Assembly: GCA_028343615.1 (NCBI GenBank)
Contig: JAOLZA010000004.1
Location: forward strand, 8,697-72,696
Source of the DNA: Verrucomicrobiota bacterium
GTDB taxonomy: Bacteria; Verrucomicrobiota; Verrucomicrobiia; Limisphaerales; UBA1100
Reading direction: 5' to 3'
DNA: 64,000 nucleotides
Shown here: one piece after another, positions 9,920 to 19,409 of the stretch
Numbering within the stretch: position 1 is the first letter of the stretch
How the letters are laid out: each line of letters opens with the position of its first letter
Made by a program: the position numbers and the translations under genes
Notes under the pieces: model-generated
What the model was told of the DNA's origin: nothing
What the model saw: the letters and a program-made list of their open reading frames with translations, nothing else
The model's database searches: none

Positions 9920-10589
9920 TCAGGGCCTCCTGTTTCTGAAATTTAGTAAAATCAACCACGCGGTCGAAGCGATCCAGCAGCGCGTGGTCGTGTGTCACCA
10001 TCACAAGCGTGGCCTCAGCGCTTTCGGCTTGTTGGAAAAGTTGGTCGAGAATGCGGTCCTTGTTTTTCGGATCAAGATTGCCGGTGGGTTCATCGCCCAG
10101 CAACAGATCGGGGCGTGGCAACAGCGCACGGCAAATGGCGACACGTTGTTGTTCGCCTTGCGACAACTCGTCTACTGGCGAATCCAACTTGTCCGCAAGG
10201 TCGAGCCGTTTGGCCTGCTGTTTCACCTGCGACTCGATGGAATCGTAAACCGGAAGCGCATCGTTGAGGCGATAGGGCAGCAAAATATTTTCGCGCACGT
10301 CGAGGTGCTCCACCAACCGAAAATCTTGGAACACAAAGCCAACGTGCCGAATGCGAAATGCGCGCCGGCCGGCATCGGCCAGTTCGTTCACCGGCACTTC
10401 ACCGATGGTCACCGTGCCTGATTGCGGCGTGACGATACCCGCGATCAACCGCAGCAGCGTTGTTTTACCCGAGCCACTCGGCCCCACGAAGGCCATGCGC
10501 GTGCCCGCTTCGATTTGTAAATCAGGAATACACAACCGGAAGCGCCCCGGACCGTATTCGAATTCAAGATTTTCAATCGTAACGCGCAT
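9912..10589 (-). CDS. ABC transporter ATP-binding protein (LolD/MacB-NBD-like)
   Basis: Walker A GPSGSGKTT, signature LSQGEQQRVAICRAL, Walker [14 protein letters not shown]-loop VTHD. Confidence 0.9.
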   Translation of the reverse strand: MRVTIENLEFEYGPGRFRLCIPDLQIEAGTRMAFVGPSGSGKTTLLRLIAGIVTPQSGTVTIGEVPVNELADAGRRAFRIRHVGFVFQDFRLVEHLDVRENILLPYRLNDALPVYDSIESQVKQQAKRLDLADKLDSPVDELSQGEQQRVAICRALLPRPDLLLGDEPTGNLDPKNKDRILDQLFQQAESAEATLVMVTHDHALLDRFDRVVDFTKFQKQEALNE

Positions 10590-10595
10590 GATGCA

Positions 10596-12356
10596 TTATC
10601 GATCCTCAAATTGTCGGATGCCGGTTTCGAAGCGCACGCGTTTTTCATCCGTCACCTCAAACGCCACAATTCGTCCGCGGTCTTCTGGAGTCGTACTGAG
10701 GAGGATGCGTGCGGTGTACTCATTCTCGCGCGTGTGAATGTGCCCCCAATGCTCCACCGTGCCGATGACGCGCCAAGTGCAATCGAGTGGCACGCGTTCG
10801 TCTTTAGTATTTTTGCCAGACGCGATTCGCATGATGCGCACACGCTTCACGTGCGCCACCGCGCCGCCCTGCTCCTGCATGCGCAGGCCAGATTGGATTT
10901 TCAAGAACAATTCTTCCAAAAGATCGCCCGTCACGCTATGTTCCAGCGCATCGTACACGTCGCTCTTTTCATTGTAGTCAAAAGCGCGGTAAATATTTTG
11001 CAGCAGGGTGGCGGCATGTTTGGTTACGATTCCGGCTTTTGATGTGGGCGTATTTGAAATACTAACAATGGCTAGCACGCCTGCGCCAACGACCAGCGCG
11101 CCGCCAAACGCTAAAGTCGATGCGCGCGAAATTCCGATGTACACCGCTAGCGCGAGTAGCAGGGCGGCCATTAAATTGATCGATGATCTTTTTGAGGTCA
11201 CCACGAGGTTGGGTAATTTAAAATCATGCGCGGTCGGAGGGTTGCCTTCGCGAGTCCATTCCCAGCGCGGTTGGTCGCGCACGAAGAATTCCTCGGTTGG
11301 ATCTTTTTCGTGGTCGTACACCACTGAGCGAAGGAAGGGAGCGGCTTCGTGGAAGGAATCCCACGTCAAACGCACGCGATTGGGCGGAGCTTTGGCGGGG
11401 TATTTCAGAATGATGCCGAGCCGCGCTTGATAGGCGCTCACGCGGCGGGGTTCGGCGTTCTCCGCAAAATCGCGGATATCGAGGCCGAAAAACTGAAGTC
11501 GCTGCAGAATGGGCTTCACGGGCACGCCGTCGATTTCCACGGGGTTGCGACCACGAAACCATTCGGCAACTTTTTGGCGCGCGGCTTCCTGTTCAGCGAC
11601 TTCGAGAAATGCCGGATTGGCGCGGGTGAGCGGCAGCCATTTTTCGAAGGTGAGTAGTGGCATCAAAATTTCGTGGCGCACTTCGCGGTCGGTCAAATAA
11701 ATGTACGAGTACAGCCCGCTGTAACTCGTGATGCCGAGGCGTTTCTGGAATTCCTCGGCGCGTTTCTTGCGCAGTTCGCGCCAGTTTTGCGGGGCTTGGT
11801 CAGGCGGGTTTTCCCAGTCCAGCGCCACGGTGTGCGGCTGTCCGGGCTGGAGCTGCACAGGTTTTTCAATCCACACGCCGGTTTGCAGCACCATGAATTC
11901 CATGATGGAAGGCACAACCGATTTTTCGCCGCCAAAGTTTTGGGTGAAGGTGAGGAAGGCGGGCTTGTTTTCTACGGGGGTGAACTTGAGAAGATACACG
12001 ACAGTGAGCTTCATTAGCTTCTCTGATGGCACGCCGTCATCCGAGATAACGGTATCATCGCGGCGATCCACCTCGCCCTTGAGTAACCGCCCCCGGGCAT
12101 CGCGCACTGTGAAATGTTTCAACAAAAATGCATCGTGCTTTTTGGCCGCCATGAGCAGGTCTGTGGCACTGAAGATTGTATCGCTATTGGCCTTGAGCCC
12201 GTGAAAGAGCACGAGATCCTCAAGCATCACGCGCATTTCCACGAGCACCTCGTTCTCGCGGCAATTTGCCACGGTGTTGCTCATGGAAATGGGATGTGCC
12301 ACGACGGATGCCGCTACGCAGAACCAGGCCAAGGCAATGACTCGAAGGGGATTCAC
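10596..12356 (-). CDS. Uncharacterized membrane protein: secreted N-terminal region of about 400 aa, TM block, and a C-terminal domain of about 140 aa
   Basis: Signal peptide MNPLRVIALAWFCVAASVVA followed by HPISMS. Hydrophobic block INLMAALLLALAVYIGISRASTLAFGGALVVGAGVLAIVSI. The C-terminal globular part begins ATLLQNIYRAFDY. No catalytic motif recognised. Operon position is between the MBL and ABC genes. Confidence 0.6.
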   Translation of the reverse strand: MNPLRVIALAWFCVAASVVAHPISMSNTVANCRENEVLVEMRVMLEDLVLFHGLKANSDTIFSATDLLMAAKKHDAFLLKHFTVRDARGRLLKGEVDRRDDTVISDDGVPSEKLMKLTVVYLLKFTPVENKPAFLTFTQNFGGEKSVVPSIMEFMVLQTGVWIEKPVQLQPGQPHTVALDWENPPDQAPQNWRELRKKRAEEFQKRLGITSYSGLYSYIYLTDREVRHEILMPLLTFEKWLPLTRANPAFLEVAEQEAARQKVAEWFRGRNPVEIDGVPVKPILQRLQFFGLDIRDFAENAEPRRVSAYQARLGIILKYPAKAPPNRVRLTWDSFHEAAPFLRSVVYDHEKDPTEEFFVRDQPRWEWTREGNPPTAHDFKLPNLVVTSKRSSINLMAALLLALAVYIGISRASTLAFGGALVVGAGVLAIVSISNTPTSKAGIVTKHAATLLQNIYRAFDYNEKSDVYDALEHSVTGDLLEELFLKIQSGLRMQEQGGAVAHVKRVRIMRIASGKNTKDERVPLDCTWRVIGTVEHWGHIHTRENEYTARILLSTTPEDRGRIVAFEVTDEKRVRFETGIRQFEDR

Positions 12357-12404
12357 GGGCGCGTTTTATAGCTGAATCGCACGACTTTCGGAAGCTTCAA
12401 CGAG

Positions 12405-14234
12405 TTATTTCACTTCCATCACCGTTTCCACCCAATCGTGGAAGTGCATGCCTTTGGAATCCACATCGGCCGTGATGACATACACACCCGGCTCTTTTGG
12501 CGCGCGGATTTCCACCTTCACCGCGCCTTCACCACGCGATGGCAGCGTGATGGAAATTGCCTTGGACAAAACCTCAACACCCCGATGGCCGCGCGGAGTC
12601 ACAGTGAATTTCCGCTGCGCAGGTGAGTGGTTGATGAGCCGCACCTCCACCTCGCGCGTTTCGCCGGGGCGCAGCGTACTGCCGTACGGATAAAACGTGG
12701 CCCATCGTTCATCGATGCCGTAGTTTGGATCATCCCACGGCAACAACTCGCGCAAAATTCGCTTGCGCTCCGCGTAGCGCGTTTCGAGAAAGGTCAGTTC
12801 CTTTTCAGAAAATCGGAACACATGCGGCACGTGCTGGTTGATGAGCCAAGTGTCCTGGGGCAGTTGACGGATGATTTTAAAGCACCTCCCGTAACCGGTA
12901 TCCGGATGCACAAGATTGCGATTGAGAAGGCAATAGTCATCAATGCCCGAAGGCGCGAAGGAGTCGCCAATAAAAAACACCGGCTTCGACTTGGGCCGCT
13001 GCACCAGCAACGCGCCATGGTAAAACATTTGGCCCGGGAAAAAACGAAACGTCAACTCGTACTCGTTCCATTTCAGTTTCGCGCCATCCTCCATCGCCAT
13101 CACGCGAGGCACCGCGTTTTCGGTGAGGCCGGGCATCAGATAACGGCCGGGGTTTTCCACCACGTCAGCGTATTCAGTGGTGGCGTACACGGGGCATTTA
13201 AAAAACTCGGCCGCCGCCTTTACCATTTGCGAGTGATCATCATGTATGTGCGTGAGGAAAATGCCGTCGATTTTTTTCACCACGTCACGGGCCACCAAAT
13301 CTTTCACGAAATCCAACTGCCGTTGCCCACCGCAATCCAGCAGAAACCCGTGTCCGTTATCCGCCACAATGATGCGACTGGTGGAAAATTCGATAATCCA
13401 TCCCGGCGTTTTTACGTGCAGACAATAAGGCATCAGCTCGATTTCTGCGCCCTTGCCCAGCACGCGCTCACCGCAAATACGCATGCGCTCCTCTTTGAAA
13501 TACCAGTGCAATGCGTTGGTCGAAAGATAGTTGCGATACAGTGCGCGCACCCGAGCGATCAGCTGGTCGATGGCTGCGTTCGGCTTACGAATGACCGGCC
13601 CGCGCGCGGGATAAATCACATCCAACTTAGCCGCCCGCAATTTTTGAAGGCTGGAAATCAAGTCCGCCAACCGTCCTCCGTAGCCGTGATAGCCGCCCAC
13701 CTTCGCCGTCGGGATGGCATCCTGAAAACTATACAAATCAAAAATTTTTCCATCGCCCATAATCAAGTCGCCCGTGAACCCCACGCGCCGGCCCTCCACC
13801 GTGCCCACGTACGACACAGCCCCGCGCGTGAACCCCGGCGTGCCCAGCACCTTCAACCGCACCGCGCCCACCGTCACCACATCGCCCTTCTTCACCCATC
13901 GCCGCACTACCACCGGCTCCACTGGCACCTTCGTGGATTGCTGCGCGTAATAATGAAATCGCTTCTTCGCGAATCCCTCCCAAAACTCGCGTGCCTTTTC
14001 AAAGTGCACGCGCTCCGCCTCCGGCGCAACGATTGCGCCCGCCAACTTTCCGTGAGCATCCCGCCGATGATGCGTGAGCAGAACCGTGCCCGTCCCCTTC
14101 ACCGCGCCATAGATCGCCACCGTTTTACCGCTTGAAGTGACGGTGAATTGATTGACGTGATGCAGTTCGAAATGCTGCTGAATCGCCGCGTGTGTCGCCA
14201 AGGCTGTGGTAAGGAAAACAATTAAAACGCGCAT
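12405..14234 (-). CDS. Secreted MBL-fold metallo-hydrolase: a degenerate first lobe, a canonical second lobe and a C-terminal Ig-like domain
   Basis: Signal peptide MRVLIVFLTTALATHA. Canonical HxHxDH motif in FLTHIHDDHSQM. The first half carries only LLTHHRRDAHG. The C-terminal beta-rich segment (VEVRLINHS...VYVITADVD) looks like a CARDB/Ig fold. Confidence 0.7.
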   Translation of the reverse strand: MRVLIVFLTTALATHAAIQQHFELHHVNQFTVTSSGKTVAIYGAVKGTGTVLLTHHRRDAHGKLAGAIVAPEAERVHFEKAREFWEGFAKKRFHYYAQQSTKVPVEPVVVRRWVKKGDVVTVGAVRLKVLGTPGFTRGAVSYVGTVEGRRVGFTGDLIMGDGKIFDLYSFQDAIPTAKVGGYHGYGGRLADLISSLQKLRAAKLDVIYPARGPVIRKPNAAIDQLIARVRALYRNYLSTNALHWYFKEERMRICGERVLGKGAEIELMPYCLHVKTPGWIIEFSTSRIIVADNGHGFLLDCGGQRQLDFVKDLVARDVVKKIDGIFLTHIHDDHSQMVKAAAEFFKCPVYATTEYADVVENPGRYLMPGLTENAVPRVMAMEDGAKLKWNEYELTFRFFPGQMFYHGALLVQRPKSKPVFFIGDSFAPSGIDDYCLLNRNLVHPDTGYGRCFKIIRQLPQDTWLINQHVPHVFRFSEKELTFLETRYAERKRILRELLPWDDPNYGIDERWATFYPYGSTLRPGETREVEVRLINHSPAQRKFTVTPRGHRGVEVLSKAISITLPSRGEGAVKVEIRAPKEPGVYVITADVDSKGMHFHDWVETVMEVK

Positions 14235-14326
14235 CCGTACAGGGTAGTTCGCAGCGCGCTAAAAGCAACCTCGCACGGGATTAGACTTGAAAAATAGGCG
14301 CAAAACCTCCACCAATCTTCCAAGGA

Positions 14327-15523
14327 GTGACGACCCAAACTGCAACCCAACCCTGCTGGCAATCCCGCGGCGAACGCCTTGGCGAAATTAGCCTCGTCCT
14401 GATCGGCTTCACCATCCCGCTTTCCAATGCACTGTGCACTGGCGTGTTCCCGGCACTGGCAGTGGTGGCGTGGCTGATGCTGTGCGGCTGGCGGGGTGTG
14501 CCAAAATTGTTGCGCGAAAACCGCGTGGCGCTGTTGTGCGTGGTGCTGTTCGCGTGGCTCGGCGTGGCGGGCATCTACGGCGGCGGCAGTGAAGCCTTCG
14601 GCATCTGGAAAAAATATCGCGAGCTCGCGCTGATCATTATTTACATGGGTCTCGCCTCCGCCCTGCCCAACCGCACGCGAGCCGTGACCGCCCTCGCCAT
14701 CGGCCTCATGCTCGCTATGCAAATCAGCTTCATGCAAGCGGCGGGAATATTGCCAATGAAACACGGCAACGCCGTGCTCTCTAGCAGCCTCACGCATGGA
14801 GCATTGATGGCATGGTTGGTATTTTGGCTGATGCATTATCATCATAAAACCGGGATGAACGGCATCCTCGCGTTGGTGGCGCTGGTGCTGGCGAATTTAT
14901 TTTTCCTTGTGGATTCCTCTACCGGCGTAGTGCTCGTGCTGTCGTTGGGATTGCTCTTCGGTTTGCAAACGATGCGTCGTGCCAAACTCGCAGTGATGGC
15001 TGGTGGTCTCATAGCCGTGGTGGTGTTTGCGTTTGCAGTTTCACCCATGTTTCGCACCGCCACCCAAGGGGATGTGAAAGCAGTGCAAGAAATGTTGAAC
15101 GGGAAAATCACCTTCACGCCCACTGGCGAGCGCCTGCAATTTTACCGCAACAGCCTTGCTCTCCTCAGTCAAGCGCCGGTGCTGGGCCATGGCACTGGGC
15201 GGTTCCACGAAAAATACGCCATGCATGTGGCTGGCACAAACCAAGTGGTGACGGCCAATCCGCACAACGAATACCTGATGGTGGGTGTACAATCGGGGTT
15301 GGTTGGCGTAGGGATTTTACTGGCCCTCTTTTGGGCCTTGTGGCAAGCCGCCGCACGATGGGAGGGAATGGATCGTTGGCTGGCACAGGGCATGGTGGTG
15401 TGGCTATCGGTGGGCTGCTGCTTCAATTCCTTTATTTTAGACTCCCGCGAGGGTATGCTCTTCGCCCTGCTGACCGCGCTGTACGCCAAGCCGCCATCGT
15501 CCAATCCCCATGATTCATCCTAG
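14327..15523 (+). CDS. O-antigen ligase/polymerase family membrane protein (Wzy_C domain, WaaL-like)
   Basis: Polytopic membrane protein with NPHNEYLMVGVQSGLVGVGILLALF, typical of the O-antigen ligase family. Confidence 0.8.
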   Translation: MTTQTATQPCWQSRGERLGEISLVLIGFTIPLSNALCTGVFPALAVVAWLMLCGWRGVPKLLRENRVALLCVVLFAWLGVAGIYGGGSEAFGIWKKYRELALIIIYMGLASALPNRTRAVTALAIGLMLAMQISFMQAAGILPMKHGNAVLSSSLTHGALMAWLVFWLMHYHHKTGMNGILALVALVLANLFFLVDSSTGVVLVLSLGLLFGLQTMRRAKLAVMAGGLIAVVVFAFAVSPMFRTATQGDVKAVQEMLNGKITFTPTGERLQFYRNSLALLSQAPVLGHGTGRFHEKYAMHVAGTNQVVTANPHNEYLMVGVQSGLVGVGILLALFWALWQAAARWEGMDRWLAQGMVVWLSVGCCFNSFILDSREGMLFALLTALYAKPPSSNPHDSS

Positions 15524-16307
15524 TATCTCACTGATCATCAGTACGTACGACCGGCCTGGCGCATTGACCAAGGTGTTGGCTGGCGTTGCGGGACAAGTGG
15601 TTCAGCCGCTGGAGGTGATGCTGGCCGATGATGGTTCGGCCGGTTTGACCCGGTCCGTTGTAGACAAGCTGACCCGGGAATTGCCATTATCCCTACGGCA
15701 TTTGTGGCATAAGAATCTGGGCTTCCGAAAGACCATTATTCTCAACGAGGCAATCCAACAAGCGCGGGGAGAGTATATTGTTTTGCTCGATGGCGATTGC
15801 GTGCCGCATCGAAAGTTTATTCGTGACCATCAGGAATTAGCCGAATCTGGCTACTGGGTGCAGGGGCGGCGTAGTTTTTTAACCGAACAATTTTCCCCTA
15901 GTTTTCAACCCCTTCGAAACAGGTTTATGACCTGTTGGTTGCGTGCTCGCGCCAGTGGTTTGTTCAAGGGCATTCGCTGGCCTTGGCCCATTGTGTATCG
16001 CAATCAAACTCAACGCGGTATTGTTGGTTGCAACATGGGGGTGTGGCGTGAGGACTTGATCCTAATCAATGGGTTCGATGAGGAGTACGAGGGCTGGGGG
16101 CTGGAAGATTCCGATCTGGGCAATCGCCTCTATAACCTAGGCCGCCCTCGAAAATTCGTTTACGGCCGGGCGATTGTTCATCATCTGAACCACCGGGAAA
16201 CCTCGCGCACCGAGCTTTCCGCCAACCACGACCGGCTGCAAGCCACCCTCGAATCGGGTCGGGTGCGTTGCCAGTCCGGGTTGAGTACGCATCAGCCCAT
16301 CTCCTGA
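15510..16307 (+). CDS. Glycosyltransferase family 2 (with a galactosyltransferase-type C-terminal region)
   Basis: ISLIISTYDRPGAL, MLADDGS, DxD LLDGDCVP, GFDEEYEGWGLEDSDLGNRL. Confidence 0.85.
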   Translation: MIHPSISLIISTYDRPGALTKVLAGVAGQVVQPLEVMLADDGSAGLTRSVVDKLTRELPLSLRHLWHKNLGFRKTIILNEAIQQARGEYIVLLDGDCVPHRKFIRDHQELAESGYWVQGRRSFLTEQFSPSFQPLRNRFMTCWLRARASGLFKGIRWPWPIVYRNQTQRGIVGCNMGVWREDLILINGFDEEYEGWGLEDSDLGNRLYNLGRPRKFVYGRAIVHHLNHRETSRTELSANHDRLQATLESGRVRCQSGLSTHQPIS

Positions 16308-16310
16308 GCC

Positions 16311-17333
16311 ATGCGGATAATACAAATTGTTCGTCGGTTTGGCCCAGTCGGCGGGCTGGAGGGATACGCCTGGCAGTTGACCCGCGCCCTCGCCGCGCGC
16401 AGCCTCGCCGTGGCCGTGGTGTGCGAGACGGATGAATCAGAAGCCATCAGAGGCGTTGCCGTGACAGCTCTTGGGAAAATGCGCCCCAAGCCGCGCTGGC
16501 TGCATTACCTTCGATTTGCCCGGCGTGTGGCAGCGCAGCGCAAGATGCAAAGCCGCAAGAATGAAATTTGGCACAGCCATGAAATGGTCACCTGCGCGGA
16601 AGTGGGGACCTTTCATTCCACCGCTCATGGCGCGGGCGAGCGGGCACTGCACAAACGACTGGATCCTACCTGGCACGTCAACCGCTGGCTTGAGCGTCGC
16701 ACCATGGCGGGCTCAGCTTTGCGAGCGATGGTGCCCGTCTCCGCGCCGGTTCGTGTGCAACTGGCTGCCGTGCATACTCGTTGGGCGGAACGGCTGGCGG
16801 ACCCTATTCGCCCAGGCGTGGAGTTGCCGGAACCCATCGCGACAAGGGAAACGGGTCCGGTGATGGGGTTTATCGGGCGAGAGTGGAAACGCAAGGGGCT
16901 GCCGCGCGTGTTGGAAATGCTCCGAGCCATGCCGGACGCTCGGTTGGTGATCGCCGGCGTGCCTCGCGAAGAAATCACCCGCCTCCTTGTGGGTTTGGAA
17001 ACTCGCGTGGAGCTGCTCGGTTGGGTGAACGATCCCAATGATTTTTATAGTCGAATCAGCCTGCTGGTTCACCCCGCTAAACTCGAAGCCTACGGTATGG
17101 TAGTGGCCGAGGCTTTGGCGCGGCGCATTCCGGTGCTTGTCTCCGAAGCCACCGGTGCGTCCGCCGACATGGGCGCGGCGGGGCGTGCCCTGCCCCACAC
17201 TGCGCCAGTGCAGCCTTGGACCGCCGCCGCGCGCGGAATGCTGTCCCAACCGCCGGATGCATTTCCTCCCACCCGTTCGTGGGCCGAGGTGGCCGAGGAA
17301 TACCATTTGCTTTACCAGGGATTAACCCTTTGA
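16311..17333 (+). CDS. Glycosyltransferase family 4 (GT-B, RfaG-like)
   Basis: GFIGREWKRKGL and EAYGMVVAEALARRIPVLVSE (EX7E-type motif). Confidence 0.8.
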   Translation: MRIIQIVRRFGPVGGLEGYAWQLTRALAARSLAVAVVCETDESEAIRGVAVTALGKMRPKPRWLHYLRFARRVAAQRKMQSRKNEIWHSHEMVTCAEVGTFHSTAHGAGERALHKRLDPTWHVNRWLERRTMAGSALRAMVPVSAPVRVQLAAVHTRWAERLADPIRPGVELPEPIATRETGPVMGFIGREWKRKGLPRVLEMLRAMPDARLVIAGVPREEITRLLVGLETRVELLGWVNDPNDFYSRISLLVHPAKLEAYGMVVAEALARRIPVLVSEATGASADMGAAGRALPHTAPVQPWTAAARGMLSQPPDAFPPTRSWAEVAEEYHLLYQGLTL

Positions 17334-17368
17334 CTACACGCTATGCCGTCTGATTTGCTTGTCGCCCA

Positions 17369-18340
17369 ATGAGAACACTCGTGACAGGCGGTGCCGGTTA
17401 TGTGGGCAGCGTGTGCGTGGAGCGCCTACTGGCCGAAGGCCATGCGGTGACGGTGTTGGATGACCTGTCCGTGGGACACCGTGCCGCCGTGGCGCCGGGC
17501 GCGCAGTTCTGCGAGGGGAACATTGGCGACCCTGCTCTGCTGGATGCGTTGATGACTAAGGCGCGCCCGGAAGTGGTGCTGCATTTTGCCGGTAGTGCTT
17601 TGGTGGGGGAATCGATGGAAGACCCCTTCAAATATTTTCAAAACAACACCTCAAACGGCATCACCCTATTGAAAGCCGCGGAGGCAGCGAAAGTAGGGAA
17701 ATTTATTTTTAGTTCCACCTGTGCCGTGTATGGCGAGCCGGAAACCGTGCCGATAACGGAGACCGCCCCATGCCAACCGGTGAATCCTTACGGTGCATCC
17801 AAACTTATGATGGAACAGACGATGGAATGGCAGGCCCAAGCCACGGGTATGGAATGCGTGGCTCTACGCTACTTCAATGCCGCCGGTGCCAGCAAACAAT
17901 TCGGAGAACATCACCGGCACGAAACCCACATCATTCCCTGCCTGCTTCAAACTGCCCTCGGCCAACGCGAAACCTTTTCTCTGTTCGGCACCAATCATCC
18001 CACCTCCGACGGCACCTGTATTCGCGATTACATTCACGTGTCCGACCTCGCCGCCGCCCATGCATTGGCCCTGCGCCCGGGCATCAGCGGTCCCTTCAAC
18101 CTCGGCCGTGGCCACGGTGATTCCGTCCGCGAAGTATTGACTGCTTGTCGCGAGGTGACGGGCCACGCCATCCCCGTGGAAGAGCAACCCGCACGCCCCG
18201 GCGATCCTCCCGAACTGGTGGCCGACGTGACCAAGGCCAGCGCGGAACTGGGTTGGCAGGCGGCACACACAGAAATTCGGACCATCGTGGAGACTGCCTG
18301 GCTCTGGCACCAGCGGTTTCCCCAAGGTTATCCGGCCTGA
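17369..18340 (+). CDS. galE: UDP-glucose 4-epimerase
   Basis: MRTLVTGGAGYVGS, SSTCAVYG, YGASKLMMEQ (YxxxK), RYFNAAGA. Confidence 0.9.
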   Translation: MRTLVTGGAGYVGSVCVERLLAEGHAVTVLDDLSVGHRAAVAPGAQFCEGNIGDPALLDALMTKARPEVVLHFAGSALVGESMEDPFKYFQNNTSNGITLLKAAEAAKVGKFIFSSTCAVYGEPETVPITETAPCQPVNPYGASKLMMEQTMEWQAQATGMECVALRYFNAAGASKQFGEHHRHETHIIPCLLQTALGQRETFSLFGTNHPTSDGTCIRDYIHVSDLAAAHALALRPGISGPFNLGRGHGDSVREVLTACREVTGHAIPVEEQPARPGDPPELVADVTKASAELGWQAAHTEIRTIVETAWLWHQRFPQGYPA

Positions 18341-19401
18341 TCAGGCACGGGTGCGCGCATGATTTCGCGAGTTGCGGCAAGTACTTTTTCCGGCTGGTGC
18401 GCGCGCATGATTTCACTGGGGGGAGTTTCGAGGACTTCCTCCCAAGAATTGAGCCATTGGCGGGGGTGGAATAGTTGGCACTTGGCGCGCCAAGGTTTCC
18501 ATTGTTCCATAATCGTGTAGGCATACATGGCGGTAATAGGGCATTGGCAGGCGGCAGCTAAGTGTGTAGCGGCGGTATCAAGCCCCACATAGGCTCGAGC
18601 TAGTTGCAGACAGCCGGCCAATTCAGCCCAAGACCATTGGCCATCGGAATTAATCACGCGTTCGGGTCCAATCTCGGAGGTGAGTTGATCGGCCAACTTC
18701 CGCTCGTCCTCAGCGGGGCCGCTGCTGATTACAAGGGTGTTTGTGTGTTCTAACAAAGCCTTGCCCAATATCAGCCAGTGGTCGAGTGGCCATCTTTTTT
18801 TTCTCCAGCGGGAGCCAGGGTGGATCACCACAAAATCATTAACCCTCTGCATGGACGGAGGAATCTTGGTTTGGGCTTCGTCATAATTTAGAGATGGGAT
18901 TTCTCCTGCCAAAGGTAGGAATTCCGAAACCATGAGGTGATCTTTCTCCACTCGGTGACCCCTGTTCCAAGGAGTGGTCGTCCGCTGTGTGATCCACTGG
19001 TCACACCATAGGTTGATTGGCCGCTTGGTGGCGGAAATACAGCGCTGTGTCCCTTGGGATAACCCAACCATCCAGCGACCCCGATCACCATCGGACAAAT
19101 CAAACGCGTAATCAAATCGTTGCCGGCGTATGTGCAGCAGTGTGCTTAAATCGCGCCAAAGGCTACCGAAGCCACGCTGATCATTTTCGTTTGGGGCGAC
19201 TGTAATGAGGTGGTCGATGGCGGTGCACCCAGCGAGGATACCCTCGGTACCTTGGCGAACCACCACCCAGATTTCGGCCTCGGGGTATTGGCTGCGCGTG
19301 GCGACCAGTGTGGGGGTAAGCAGCAATGCGTCACCAATGTGCTTGAGTTTGACGAAGAGTAGACGAAGTATCTTCGGGTTGCGCTGAACTGGGCTAGCCA
19401 T
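18328..19401 (-). CDS. Glycosyltransferase family 9 (LPS heptosyltransferase-like)
   Basis: LRLLFVKLKHIGDALLLTPTL and GLDTAATHLAAACQCPITAMY, matching the RfaF/RfaC family pattern. Confidence 0.8.
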   Translation of the reverse strand: MASPVQRNPKILRLLFVKLKHIGDALLLTPTLVATRSQYPEAEIWVVVRQGTEGILAGCTAIDHLITVAPNENDQRGFGSLWRDLSTLLHIRRQRFDYAFDLSDGDRGRWMVGLSQGTQRCISATKRPINLWCDQWITQRTTTPWNRGHRVEKDHLMVSEFLPLAGEIPSLNYDEAQTKIPPSMQRVNDFVVIHPGSRWRKKRWPLDHWLILGKALLEHTNTLVISSGPAEDERKLADQLTSEIGPERVINSDGQWSWAELAGCLQLARAYVGLDTAATHLAAACQCPITAMYAYTIMEQWKPWRAKCQLFHPRQWLNSWEEVLETPPSEIMRAHQPEKVLAATREIMRAPVPDQAG

Positions 19402-19409
19402 GACCTGAC

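Noticed and set aside
9606-10421. A 271-aa plus-strand ORF spanning the ATPase/permease junction.
   Set aside because: It is antisense to two genes with unambiguous ABC motifs and has no motifs of its own.
12627-14135. A 502-aa ORF on the plus strand, antisense to the MBL-fold gene.
   Set aside because: Its R/H/A-rich low-complexity translation has no motifs. It lies entirely inside a minus-strand gene that has a signal peptide and an HxHxDH motif. This is a typical stop-codon-poor antisense frame in GC-rich DNA.
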